A stretch of DNA of 25,131 nt. It comes from Promethearchaeota archaeon. GTDB taxonomy: Archaea; Asgardarchaeota; Lokiarchaeia; Sigyniarchaeales; SOKP01. A program made the translations under genes and the position numbers. Position 1 is the stretch's first letter. Every line of letters starts with the position of its first letter. The notes under the pieces are model-generated. The model saw only the letters and a list, made by a program, of their open reading frames with translations, was not told where the DNA came from and made no database searches. The DNA lies in assembly GCA_004524535.1 (NCBI GenBank), contig SDNY01000049.1, forward strand, positions 1 to 25,131, read 5' to 3'. Below are positions 1 through 10,044 of this stretch, one piece after another.

Positions 1-118
1 ATGATCTTTTTGAACAGAAAAAAGACTATACGCAACTTATAAACATAAATTTAACTAAAGTAATATATAATACAAAAAATATTAAAACATAAAAATAGAA
101 TAAAAATTCTATAAATTC

Positions 119-1849
119 GTGATTTTAAAAATGGAAGTTGACCAAGATTTGATTAACGACACTAGAGTAGCTTACATCTCAATGGAAATCGCCGTAGATT
201 CAAATATCCCTACATATAGCGGTGGTTTAGGAGTATTATCTGGCGATACTGTACGTTCTGCTGCCGATCTAGAAATCCCTATGGTAGCTATTTGTTTATG
301 TTACAGTTCAGGGTATTTTTATCAATTTTTTAACGAATTTGGAGAGCAAAAAGAAAAAGAGATTCAGTGGAGTTTCTTTTACGAATTTGAAAAAGTTCCA
401 AAGCCGATTACAATGAAAATTGAAGATAAAGATGTTAAAGTGTCGGCATGGAAATATAATATGGTGGGCCAATCGGGTCATATTTTGCCTATTTATTTAT
501 TAACAACAGATATAGAGGGTAATGAACCATGGATGAAAAATATGACTGGCTCGTTGTATGATTCAACCTCACGATGGAACCGAATCGTACAGGAGATGAT
601 CTTAGGAATAGGAGGTATGAAACTTCTAAAATCTTTAGGTTATAATAATTTGAAAACAATCCACCTTAACGAGGGTCATGGTTCTTTTTCTATTTGCGAA
701 CTTTACAATCAATTAGGAAGTGTTGACAAAGTTAAAGAAAAAGTTGTATTCACAACACATACACCCGTACCTGCGGGGCATGATCGCTTCAAACAAGACT
801 TAATTGATAAAGTATTTGAGGATCGCTTCCCTGCGGAGCTTCGAAAATTAGGAGATGATAATGGAGACTTAAATATGACATTTTTAGGTATGGCTGTGTC
901 AAGGTATAGAAATGCAGTAGCAAAAAAACATGGTGATATCTCTAGAAAAATGTTCCCTCAATATGAAATCGACTATATAACTAATGGAATTCATCATCCT
1001 TTTTGGATATCAAAACCTATAAGAAAAATATTCGATAGAAAATGGCCAAACTGGAGAGCAAACCCTTATATTCTTCAGAATGCTATAGAGCTTGACGATT
1101 TAGAACTTTTTGATGCTCATATTGAAAGTAAATTCAACTTAATTAGCTACCAAAAAGGGCATAGTTGGAATCTTTTAGACGAGGAATTAATAACAATCGG
1201 TTTCGCTAGACGTTTTGCTACATATAAAAGAGCAATATTATTGTTTCACGATATTGATAGATTAGGCAAAATATGTAGAAATAATATACAATTTATATTT
1301 GCCGGGAAGGCTCACCCAAAAGATCAACTGGGAAAAGATTATATTAAAAAAATACATAAATCTGCGGATTATTTGTATGATAATTATGACGTTAAAGTAG
1401 TAATGATGGAAAATTATAATATGGATCTTTCTCATATGCTTGTAAGTGGATGTGATATCTGGCTAAACACACCAGAGAGATATAGAGAAGCGTCAGGAAC
1501 GAGTGGGATGAAGGCTTCCCTGAATGGAGTTTTAAACTTAAGTGTGCAAGATGGATGGTGGTTAGAAGGATATAAAATGAATCCTCTTGCTGGCTGGGCA
1601 ATTGGTCCTGATGATTCAAATCCTGATGATCCTGGGGTTTCAAACAGTTGGGATATTGATTCTAATGCCTTTTATGAAATTTTAGAGAAAAAAGTTATCC
1701 CGACTTATATGGACCATGATCAGTGGGTATTCATGCAAAAAAACGCAATCTCATTAGCGGCTTATTTTAACACGCACCGAATGATTGAAGAATACGCTGA
1801 GAAAGCATATAAATTAAAAAGACAACTACCTTGGGAATATATTGCTTAA
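119..1849 (+). CDS. glgP: alpha-glucan (glycogen/maltodextrin) phosphorylase, short archaeal type
   Basis: Motifs YSGGLGVLSGD, HLNEGH, FTTHTPVPAGHD, GFARRFATYKRA, FAGKAHP and the PLP-binding EASGTSGMKA. The true start may be the ATG at 131. Confidence 0.95.
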   Translation: MILKMEVDQDLINDTRVAYISMEIAVDSNIPTYSGGLGVLSGDTVRSAADLEIPMVAICLCYSSGYFYQFFNEFGEQKEKEIQWSFFYEFEKVPKPITMKIEDKDVKVSAWKYNMVGQSGHILPIYLLTTDIEGNEPWMKNMTGSLYDSTSRWNRIVQEMILGIGGMKLLKSLGYNNLKTIHLNEGHGSFSICELYNQLGSVDKVKEKVVFTTHTPVPAGHDRFKQDLIDKVFEDRFPAELRKLGDDNGDLNMTFLGMAVSRYRNAVAKKHGDISRKMFPQYEIDYITNGIHHPFWISKPIRKIFDRKWPNWRANPYILQNAIELDDLELFDAHIESKFNLISYQKGHSWNLLDEELITIGFARRFATYKRAILLFHDIDRLGKICRNNIQFIFAGKAHPKDQLGKDYIKKIHKSADYLYDNYDVKVVMMENYNMDLSHMLVSGCDIWLNTPERYREASGTSGMKASLNGVLNLSVQDGWWLEGYKMNPLAGWAIGPDDSNPDDPGVSNSWDIDSNAFYEILEKKVIPTYMDHDQWVFMQKNAISLAAYFNTHRMIEEYAEKAYKLKRQLPWEYIA

Positions 1850-1922
1850 ATCAAAAATTAGATTAATTTTTTTAATATCTACTTCTAATCTTTAAATCCT
1901 TTTAATTATTTCAAATGAATAA

Positions 1923-2441
1923 TTAGGAAGATTTTGCACAACTGGTTATTTTAAAGGGACAAATTTTTATATATTCATCAAATTTTTTTCTACTAAAATA
2001 CTCCTCGAAAGTTTGGGTAAAGATTTCTTCCATAGTATCTATTCCTGAAATCAAACCATCCATATCTTTTGAAATTAAAAGCATATATTTCGTACTAGAT
2101 TCAAGATAAAAGCATTTAGAGAGAATTTCTATATCAGAATGAGCTTCAATAATTTGGTTAGTTTCTTTCACTATTTTATTATCCGTAAATATTATTATCA
2201 AATGATTCTCAGAATAAATTTCTTTTAAATAAGAATCTCTTATTCCCGCAGCTACTAGGGAGGTTTTTAAATATCTAAGGAAGAGATTTTGAAGACGGTT
2301 GAGTTCCTTTCTAAATATGTTTTTGTTATGATAAAAAGAGAATTCATTGCTCAACTTTAAAGGTTCTTCATCACCATATATAATTTCTTTAGGTGGAATT
2401 TTAAACTCATATTCTTTAATATAATCTGACATGATTTTCAT
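1923..2441 (-). CDS. hypothetical protein resembling a stand-alone GH20 N-terminal (zincin-like, Glyco_hydro_20b) domain
   Basis: N-terminal IPPKEI and the segment FYLESSTKYMLLISKDMDGLISGIDTMEEI resemble the Y-x-L...I-x-A/S-x-D-x-x-G-L-x-x-G-x-x-T-L/M-x-Q/E pattern. No catalytic barrel follows. Confidence 0.55.
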   Translation of the reverse strand: MKIMSDYIKEYEFKIPPKEIIYGDEEPLKLSNEFSFYHNKNIFRKELNRLQNLFLRYLKTSLVAAGIRDSYLKEIYSENHLIIIFTDNKIVKETNQIIEAHSDIEILSKCFYLESSTKYMLLISKDMDGLISGIDTMEEIFTQTFEEYFSRKKFDEYIKICPFKITSCAKSS

Positions 2442-2578
2442 TCACTTTTTTTATAAAATTTTCCAGTAATATTAATTTAAACTCAGTAATTGTTTTTTAA
2501 TTAAAATAGAATTTAATTTTTAAAAAATTTCTTGGTTAAAAATTATAATATAAAGTTAAAATCAATAAGAAAAAAATC

Positions 2579-3568
2579 ATGAAATTAGGGACTTTAAAAT
2601 TAGAAAATAATCTCATTTTAGCTCCAATGCAAAATGTGACTACAGGACCTTATAGAAGGTTTTGTAGAAATTTCCATAAAATCGGTTTAGTTTGCGTCCC
2701 AATGATTTATACTAAAGGTATTGTGAGTAGCCCTAAATCATTTGAGAATGAAATAGTTAAAATTGAAAAAGAAAATCCTATAAGTGTTCAATTAATTGGT
2801 TCAGATCCTGATGCTTTAAAAAAATCAATAGAATATCTTGAAAGTTTTAAATTTGATGTGTTAGATATTAACGCTGGGTGTCCCTCTAAAAGAGCTATTA
2901 GAGCAAAACAAGGTGGTTATTTATTAGATGATTTTAAAAAATTAAAAGGATTATTAGAAATTGCTGTAAAATTTTCTTCAAGACCAGTTTCTTTAAAAAC
3001 TCGAACTGGATTTAAAAAAAATTATGATTTAATTACTTTTAAAGAGATCATTAATGACTCTGGGCTAGAATTTTTAACCGTTCACGCAAGAACAGTAAAG
3101 GATGGATCTAACGATTCCGCAATTGATTTAAATTTCCTTAAAAAAATAAAAGAATCAATTTCAATCCCCTTAGTAGGAAATGGAGATATTATTAATCCAA
3201 AAATCGCAAAAGATTTTATAGATTACACTAATGTCGATGCAATCATGATAGGTAGAGGCACCTTGGGAAATCCAGAAATTTTTTATCAAATTCACGAATA
3301 TTTAACAAAAGGGAGGAAAATCCCCTTTATTAATAACAAAACTTTAATGAGAGAGCATGTAGAACTCTACGAGAGACTGCTTGACGATTTTTTAGATGGG
3401 ACAACGCATAATTATTCTTTAGAAGAATATAAATTCATAGAATTAAAAAGAAATTCAATTTGGTTAACAAAAAATATCGATAATTCTACCGATCTCAGAA
3501 GAAAAATAAGTAAAACTAAGAATTTAAAGCAATTAAAACTTGTTTTGGAAAATATTTTAATAAATTAA
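2579..3568 (+). CDS. dus: tRNA-dihydrouridine synthase (Dus family)
   Basis: LAPM, VQLIGSDP, DINAGCP (catalytic Cys), TVHART, GNGDI and MIGRG motifs. Confidence 0.93.
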   Translation: MKLGTLKLENNLILAPMQNVTTGPYRRFCRNFHKIGLVCVPMIYTKGIVSSPKSFENEIVKIEKENPISVQLIGSDPDALKKSIEYLESFKFDVLDINAGCPSKRAIRAKQGGYLLDDFKKLKGLLEIAVKFSSRPVSLKTRTGFKKNYDLITFKEIINDSGLEFLTVHARTVKDGSNDSAIDLNFLKKIKESISIPLVGNGDIINPKIAKDFIDYTNVDAIMIGRGTLGNPEIFYQIHEYLTKGRKIPFINNKTLMREHVELYERLLDDFLDGTTHNYSLEEYKFIELKRNSIWLTKNIDNSTDLRRKISKTKNLKQLKLVLENILIN

Positions 3569-3889
3569 GAATTTAAAATAAAAGCTCATAAGATATTAGA
3601 TTTTTATGAAGATTTGAAAAGTTTTAAGGTTTATAAAAAAAGAAAACTTCTTTATTGGGATTTCCTATAAAGGAGTCTCAATAGACATGGTTTCCTAAAA
3701 TTATTTTTATAAGATTGAATTAATTTATCTTTTTTAATTTTGCCTAATCTCAATAATAAACCTCTTAATATATCCAAAATGACTTTCACAGAAAGTCTAC
3801 AGAGTTTAGAGCAATTTAGATTTTTTTAAAAATCAATATATTTAAAAATATGAAGATAAATTATTATTATAGATAAAGAGAAGAAAAAT

Positions 3890-4342
3890 ATGATTGATAA
3901 AAACGAGTTATTGAAACTTCTACCGAAATTAATACGAGAAGATGATGAGATAAAGGGTGCAATTATAACAGCACTATCAGGAGTCGTTGCTACAAAAGAA
4001 GATATAGCTCGTTTGATTGATCATTCCAATCGAAGATTTGATGAAATTAACAAGCGGTTTGAAGAGAGCAATAGACGATTTGAATCTATGGATAAACGAT
4101 TTGAATCTATGGACAAACGATTTGAATCTATGGACAAACGATTTGAAGAACTAATTAAAGAGATTGACAGGCGATTTGAAGCTGCAGCGAAAGAAAGAAA
4201 AGATATACAAGATAGTATGATTATTTTAAGAGAAACAGTAGGCGAGGTCTTTCAAAAAGTAGATACAATTGAAAAAGATGTAAAAGATGGAAATGAAGAA
4301 ATTTTGGATTATCTCCGAAACCAATTTGAAAAAAATGATTAA
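3890..4342 (+). CDS. heptad-repeat coiled-coil protein
   Basis: ATKEDI followed by repeated (R/K)RF(E/D)xxx heptads, including RFESMDK x3. Confidence 0.75.
   Translation: MIDKNELLKLLPKLIREDDEIKGAIITALSGVVATKEDIARLIDHSNRRFDEINKRFEESNRRFESMDKRFESMDKRFESMDKRFEELIKEIDRRFEAAAKERKDIQDSMIILRETVGEVFQKVDTIEKDVKDGNEEILDYLRNQFEKND
4076..4147 (+). repeat. 21-bp in-frame tandem repeat, about 3.4 copies
   Basis: CGATTTGAATCTATGGA(T/C)AAA at 4076, 4097 and 4118, plus a partial CGATTTGAA at 4139. Confidence 0.95.
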
Positions 4343-4419
4343 TTGCTAATCCTTATTAAAACTGATAACTATAAACAAAAGAAATTCCTTTTATTTGTTT
4401 AGATTCGGAATGGCGCGTT

Positions 4420-4998
4420 ATGAAATTTGAATATAATTTATATAGAACATTTCTAATTAATATAATTGTATATTTTTTAATACTATTAATTCCTACATTA
4501 GATTTTCTAATCTTGATTTTAATTTTTGGTATCTCTGTTATAAATGTATTAATTATAATTAGTGTTATTATATTTCAAATATCTATGGGTGTTTTTATGA
4601 TTCCTTTTATTGTTGAGTATTTTAAGAATAATCTTCCTATTTTAAAAATAGCGTTTATAATAACAGAGGAACAATTTCAACTTACTTTTTTTGAAAGAAT
4701 TTATCTTAATTTTTTTTGGAAAGATTTAAAAAAAATTGAAATGTTCTATGAGGATTTATTTGATTTTAAAAAATATTATAAACTAAAAATTCAAAAAAAT
4801 GATAATACTATTGAAGAAATAACGCTTTCTCTTTTAGCAATTAAAAAAAAAACTCTAAAAGAAATAATTCATGAATTAAAATCCTGCTCCAAAAACTCAA
4901 CGGTACCCTTTGTTGAATTAAAAGAAGTTGAAAAAGGAATTTCAAAGGAACGGCATCTTGAATTTAATAAAATGAAAAATTTTATTAAAAATATATAG
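4420..4998 (+). CDS. hypothetical membrane protein (2 N-terminal TM helices and a possible PH-like cytosolic domain)
   Basis: Hydrophobic N-terminal 65 aa, then FIITEEQF...FFWKDLKKIE, a pattern typical of bacterial PH-like domains. Confidence 0.55.
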   Translation: MKFEYNLYRTFLINIIVYFLILLIPTLDFLILILIFGISVINVLIIISVIIFQISMGVFMIPFIVEYFKNNLPILKIAFIITEEQFQLTFFERIYLNFFWKDLKKIEMFYEDLFDFKKYYKLKIQKNDNTIEEITLSLLAIKKKTLKEIIHELKSCSKNSTVPFVELKEVEKGISKERHLEFNKMKNFIKNI

Positions 4999-5030
4999 AA
5001 ATCAAATATTTGAAATTTAGAGAAGCAAAA

Positions 5031-6053
5031 TTATTCTTGATATCTTTTTAAGAGCTCTTTAGGTGAAAAAACACCATCTTCTGTTATTATTCCAGTCACT
5101 AATCTGAATGGTGTAATGTCAAAGGCATAATTTAAACAATCAACGCCATCTGGGATTATTTGAACTTCTCCCAAAACATAACTCACTTCTTTACTATCTC
5201 TTTGTTCAATTGTGACATCGTCAACAGTCTCTTGAAGAGATAATGTGGAAGTTGGTGCCGCTACGTAAAATGGAATGTTATTATCTTTCGCTGCTAATGC
5301 AACTAAATAAGTACCTATTTTATTAAATACAGCATCAGAAGTTACACGGTCAGTGCCAACAATAACTTTATTTATTTTTCCTAATCTCATTATTAATCCT
5401 GACGAAGTATCTGAAATAACCTTAACTGGAATCTTATCGTATTGAAGTTCATAGGCAGTAAGGCGAGCACCCTGCAGTCTAGGTCGTGTTTCATCAGCGA
5501 TTACACTAATCTTTTTTCCTTCTTCAATAGCAGCTCTTATAGGAGCTAAAGCAGTACCATATTGAACTGTAGCAAGCGAGCCTGCATTGCAATGTGTTAA
5601 AACAACATCTCCATCATCTAATAAAGTAGCTCCGTTTTTACCAATATTTTTATTTACGTTTATATCTTCTTGAGCCATTAATTTTGCTTCTTCTATTACA
5701 AGTTCAGATATATTTGAGGGATTGTCTGGATATTTACTTATAATTTTCCAAATTCTATCTACTGCCCAAAATAAATTTGAAGCAGTTGGTCGAGTCTTTC
5801 TTATTACTTCAGCAGCTTCTTCCATTTTTTTAAGAAAAGGTTCTTTTGGCAGGTCTTTATATTCAATAGTAGCGAGTGCCATTCCCATAGCAGCCGCAAC
5901 ACCAATAGCGGGAGCGCCTCTAATATTCATGACTTTAATAGATGTGGCTACTTCTCTATAATTGTCAAACTCTAGGAATTTAAGTTCTCGAGGGAGTATC
6001 GTTTGATCAATCATTTTAACCTTGTTATCAACCCATTCAATCGATGGAATCAT
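5031..6053 (-). CDS. mtnA: S-methyl-5-thioribose-1-phosphate isomerase
   Basis: IDQTILP, IRGAPAIG, RPTASNL, LTHCNAGSLAT, DETRPRLQGARLTA, NKIGTY and FDITP. Confidence 0.93.
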   Translation of the reverse strand: MIPSIEWVDNKVKMIDQTILPRELKFLEFDNYREVATSIKVMNIRGAPAIGVAAAMGMALATIEYKDLPKEPFLKKMEEAAEVIRKTRPTASNLFWAVDRIWKIISKYPDNPSNISELVIEEAKLMAQEDINVNKNIGKNGATLLDDGDVVLTHCNAGSLATVQYGTALAPIRAAIEEGKKISVIADETRPRLQGARLTAYELQYDKIPVKVISDTSSGLIMRLGKINKVIVGTDRVTSDAVFNKIGTYLVALAAKDNNIPFYVAAPTSTLSLQETVDDVTIEQRDSKEVSYVLGEVQIIPDGVDCLNYAFDITPFRLVTGIITEDGVFSPKELLKRYQE

Positions 6054-6163
6054 AAGTAATTAGAATATTTTAAGCTTTAAAAAATTAGATTTGAAAATAG
6101 TTAATTATTTATTTTTATTAAACTAATTAGTAAAAAGTATTGAATCATTTTCAGCACTTGTAG

Positions 6164-8677
6164 GTGGATATTATTAATAAGATGATTTTAGAAAGGGATT
6201 TAATTAGAGTTATTATAGAAGAAAAAGAAAATTGTACTTCTGAAAAGATTGAGATAAAAGATGGAGATAAATGGGTTGCGATAATTGGAAGTAATATTGA
6301 CTATAGTACCCTAAATTCTTGGTTAAAAAATGAAATTAATTCAAAAACGGTAAATTTTCAAAATAGAACTGAAAAAAAATTATCTTATCAATTAAATGAT
6401 AACGATTTCGCGATAAATTTAGATTATTGCTTAGAGGAAAATAATATAATTGACATCAAATATAAAATATCTAATAACCGAAAAATACATTTATCAAAAC
6501 TAGGTGTTAATTACGCAATTTTGTTAGGAAACGAACCTGATTATACTTGGGTTCCACACCTTAGACCTAATGAAAATTTAGTTATGGGGGACCATATCTT
6601 TCGATCTCCGGTAATAATTTATAAAAAAGGTAAGTACGCATTTGCTTTTATTCCCGATTTAAAAATATTGGGATTAAATCGCCCATTTCAAACATTTATG
6701 GATTTTAATTTAAAACCAATGAATTTTAAAGGAACACCACAGGTATTTTATGGCTTCGGAAATTATAAGCCAGTAGGACATATTCGCTTTAAACACAAAC
6801 CGAATAAAAAATGGAAAATTAAAGCAAACACAGATTTAACTTTTAGATATAATATCATAATTTTTATTGATAAACCAGTACAAGAAATTTTAGAATTTAT
6901 AAATAACTTCTTTTGGGAAAAATATGGAAGAAAATTGGTTTATGAAAGTTTGAATCCGCAAATTTTACCATATGATTTTAACGTAAAGGAAGGCGTTAAA
7001 GCATTATTTGAAAAACATAAAGTTTGGGGTGATTTCAAAATAAATGGTAAAGATTGTGGGGGATTCTGGCAATCCTCTTGGTTGGGTAAAAAAAAGAAGC
7101 CAATTCACTTCTTTAACTCAGAAACCTTCGATTTGGAAACACACCAGAAGAAAAGCTTGACAAGATTATTTGGAGAAGAATCTTTACTAAGTAGAATTAT
7201 TATGTACTTTTCTAATAGCCCATTCTGGATAAAAAGGTTTGCAAAATTTTCCCAAAATCACGGGATTATAAATCGTAATGCCGAACTTTGGAATCAAGCG
7301 TGGTTTATGAATATGAGATCTGGTTATGGCTTAAAATATTTTGGAGAATTTTGGGGTGATAAAGATTTAATTGAAAAAGGAGATCGAATACTGAATACTC
7401 TTCTATACATTCCTCGAACAAAAGGAATTTTTCCGAATATGATTTTACCATCATCGCTAGGGGGATCAAATTTTTCCACTATTAAATCCGTAACTGGATT
7501 TATAATAAGAGATCAATACAGTACTGTAGATTGTGCTCTTTCACTGTATTGGGCTTTAAAATATTATAAAGATTTCGAAAAAAATGAATTGGTAATAGAA
7601 AAATCTATAGACCTTTTAGAATTGTTAAAGGAATTACAATTAGAGAATGGGGAGATTCCTAATTATCTTAATTTTGATAGTAAAAATAATACTCCAATTA
7701 TTAGTGATCTTCTTATAAATTCTGCAAGTTCAGGAGCATCTCTAATGTTTTTAATAGAGCTTTACAAGTTAATTAAATATAATAATATAATTCCAATTGT
7801 AGAAAAAATTGCTAATTATATCAAAACAGAAATAATTCCAGAAGATAAATGGCATGATTTTGAACCATTCTATTCTTGTACCCATTTACCTGTCGATTTT
7901 TACGATGATTACACGAAAAAGCATGTAATGAATTGTCTATGCATTTATTGGTGTGCTGAGGGAATGAAGGAACTTTATAGAATTACAAATAAAAAAGAAT
8001 ATTTAAAATCAGGTGAGAGAATCCTAGCGATTTTATCATTATTTCAACAAGTTTGGAATATGCCATATATTAGCTTTAATACATTTGGTGGTTTTTGTTC
8101 CCAAAATATCGATGCTGAATTAAGCGACGCTCGACAAGCACTATTTATTCGCGTTTATATGGAATATTATTTAGAAACGGGAAAAAAAGAATATATGGAA
8201 AGAGGAATTGCTGCATTAAGAGCATGTTGGGCAATGCAATTGCTTAGGGAATATCAAGAGCAATGTCCAGGTAATTTAAAGGGTGTTAAAACTGTTGACG
8301 GAATAGATCGAGGTTGTGTTACTGAGAATTATGGTCATTCAGGAACTGATTTAATGACTCCTGGTTATATAATGTTTGATTGGGGTTTTGGAACTTCTGC
8401 TATGGCTACAGCCTACACTAAAAAACATTTTGGAGATCTTTTCATAGATTTTAAAGAAAAATTAGTATGGGGCATTGATGGCATTATTGCTAAATCCTTT
8501 GATTTTAAAGATAATTCGGTGCATATTTCAATTGAAATGCTGCCTAATAAGGATTATATTATTGTAAAAGCAAGACATTCTCCTGAAAATAAATGTGAAA
8601 TAATTATAAATAATAATTCCATTGGATTGAAAGAAAAAGAGGAATTAAATAGCGGTTTCATACATAAAATTGAATAA
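6164..8677 (+). CDS. large hypothetical protein, probable six-hairpin glycosidase-like (alpha/alpha)6 barrel
   Basis: 837-aa ORF. The C-terminal half has repeated helical-hairpin motifs (LYRITNKKEYL, YYLETGKKEYMERG, LIELYKL). The family assignment is inferred. Confidence 0.55.
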   Translation: MDIINKMILERDLIRVIIEEKENCTSEKIEIKDGDKWVAIIGSNIDYSTLNSWLKNEINSKTVNFQNRTEKKLSYQLNDNDFAINLDYCLEENNIIDIKYKISNNRKIHLSKLGVNYAILLGNEPDYTWVPHLRPNENLVMGDHIFRSPVIIYKKGKYAFAFIPDLKILGLNRPFQTFMDFNLKPMNFKGTPQVFYGFGNYKPVGHIRFKHKPNKKWKIKANTDLTFRYNIIIFIDKPVQEILEFINNFFWEKYGRKLVYESLNPQILPYDFNVKEGVKALFEKHKVWGDFKINGKDCGGFWQSSWLGKKKKPIHFFNSETFDLETHQKKSLTRLFGEESLLSRIIMYFSNSPFWIKRFAKFSQNHGIINRNAELWNQAWFMNMRSGYGLKYFGEFWGDKDLIEKGDRILNTLLYIPRTKGIFPNMILPSSLGGSNFSTIKSVTGFIIRDQYSTVDCALSLYWALKYYKDFEKNELVIEKSIDLLELLKELQLENGEIPNYLNFDSKNNTPIISDLLINSASSGASLMFLIELYKLIKYNNIIPIVEKIANYIKTEIIPEDKWHDFEPFYSCTHLPVDFYDDYTKKHVMNCLCIYWCAEGMKELYRITNKKEYLKSGERILAILSLFQQVWNMPYISFNTFGGFCSQNIDAELSDARQALFIRVYMEYYLETGKKEYMERGIAALRACWAMQLLREYQEQCPGNLKGVKTVDGIDRGCVTENYGHSGTDLMTPGYIMFDWGFGTSAMATAYTKKHFGDLFIDFKEKLVWGIDGIIAKSFDFKDNSVHISIEMLPNKDYIIVKARHSPENKCEIIINNNSIGLKEKEELNSGFIHKIE

Positions 8678-8874
8678 TGACTATTAATTTGCCTAATGTT
8701 AAATCACCAATAATATCTTGTTCGCGTAGAACTGACATTCCCGCATTTTTAATGGATTGGGTTATAGAAAAAATAAAAATAGGATATGTAGATGTTGTGA
8801 ATCCATTTAACCGTAAACAGATATCTCGAGTCTCCCTTAAGCCTGAGGATGTGAAAAATTTGAAAAAATTCTGA
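8677..8874 (+). pseudogene. truncated DUF1848-family gene (N-terminal fragment only)
   Basis: IISCSRRTDIPAF...VVNPFN...VSLKPEDV matches the N-terminus of 9146-10036, and similarity ends at about 8853. The start overlaps the upstream stop (TAATG). Confidence 0.8.
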
Positions 8875-9050
8875 AAATTCTACCAACATATAGAATAGCA
8901 GAACTTTTAGGTCTTTCTCATAATGTTATTAAACGATTTGCTAAAAATGTATATGATCTTGAAATCCCCGTGCGTAGGGATGTTACTAAGGATGAAAAAA
9001 AATATTGGATTAAATATTTAGATAAAATTGGAAGATATCCAAATAAATGA
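8847..9050 (+). pseudogene. start-less reading frame with a helix-turn-helix-like segment
   Basis: Manual translation gives GCEKFEKILKILPTYRIAELLGLSHNVIKRFAKNVYDLEIPVRRDVTKDEKKYWIKYLDKIGRYPNK*. IAELLGLS is a typical HTH turn. There is no in-frame ATG. Confidence 0.5.
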
Positions 9051-9145
9051 GTCTTGGAAATTGATATCCCTTATTTGAATTATCTAAGAAATTATAATAA
9101 TAGAAAATATAATCTTTGTACAACTAGTAAATATAGAATTATGAA

Positions 9146-10036
9146 ATGAAGCAGATAATTAGTTTTAGTCGTAGAACGGATGGTATCGCTTTTTATATTG
9201 ACCGTCTTGAAAAAGCTATTGAAGAAGAAGTAATTGAAGTTAGGAATCCTATTAATAAAAAAGTTTTTTCAGTCTCCCTTAAACCGCGAGATGTAGCTGG
9301 ATTTGTATTATGGTCCAAAGATTTTCACAACTTTTTAAAGAAATGGGATATATTTTCGAAATATACACCCTCTACTCTTTTTTCAAATGAAACGATACCA
9401 GCCTATTTTCACTTCACGCGTAATTCTTCTGTGAAGGTTCTCGAACCTTTAGCACCTCCTCTTGAAAAGAGTTTTTCCCAATTAGATGAATTAATTGAAA
9501 TTACTTCTTCAGATTATATAATGTGGCGTTTTGATCCTATTGTTTTTTGGAAAGAAGATGGTGTACTAGTTGACAACCTTAAAGATTTTAAAGAAATTGC
9601 AATACGTTTTGCCGATGCTGGTGTAAAAAAATGTACCATCTCATTTGCCACTTATTATAAGAAAGTAGAACAGCGTATGAAAAAATACTCCTTTAATTAT
9701 TATAAACCAAGTATAAAAGAAAAGATAAAAACCGCGAATAAACTCATTAAAATAGCTAATCAGTACAAAATTAAGATTTATGCTTGTTGTAATCCCGATT
9801 TATTAAAGATACCAGAAATATCTCAAGCCCACTGTGTTGATGGTAATTATCTCAGTAAATTATGGAATGCCAAAGTTTCTTTAGCAAAAGATTCAGGACA
9901 ACGAGAATCATGCGGGTGCACTAAAAGTCGAGATATCGGAGGATATGATAAAGAATGGGAATGCCATCATGGATGTCTTTACTGTTATGCTAATCCCAAC
10001 CATATGATTTATGAACAAAACATAAACCAAAGTTGA
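9146..10036 (+). CDS. DUF1848-family protein (radical-SAM/spore photoproduct lyase-related)
   Basis: IISFSRRTD, WRFDPI, QRESCGCTKSRDIG and a C-terminal CxxxCxxC (CHHGCLYCYAN). Confidence 0.9.
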   Translation: MKQIISFSRRTDGIAFYIDRLEKAIEEEVIEVRNPINKKVFSVSLKPRDVAGFVLWSKDFHNFLKKWDIFSKYTPSTLFSNETIPAYFHFTRNSSVKVLEPLAPPLEKSFSQLDELIEITSSDYIMWRFDPIVFWKEDGVLVDNLKDFKEIAIRFADAGVKKCTISFATYYKKVEQRMKKYSFNYYKPSIKEKIKTANKLIKIANQYKIKIYACCNPDLLKIPEISQAHCVDGNYLSKLWNAKVSLAKDSGQRESCGCTKSRDIGGYDKEWECHHGCLYCYANPNHMIYEQNINQS

Positions 10037-10044
10037 TTTGAAAA

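Noticed and set aside
1-92. Possible gene end or start at the left edge of the window
   Set aside because: Too short to assign strand, frame or product.
3601-3675. AT-rich hairpins after dus as a SECIS or other ncRNA
   Set aside because: No opposing GA for a kink-turn quartet and no UGA-containing gene nearby. Such pairing is expected by chance at this AT content.
4076-4147. 21-bp repeats as a CRISPR array
   Set aside because: The units are contiguous with no spacers, lie in frame within a CDS, and no cas genes are present.
8872-8898. Selenocysteine readthrough of the TGA ending the DUF1848 fragment
   Set aside because: A TAG follows after 7 codons and the extension shows no DUF1848 similarity.
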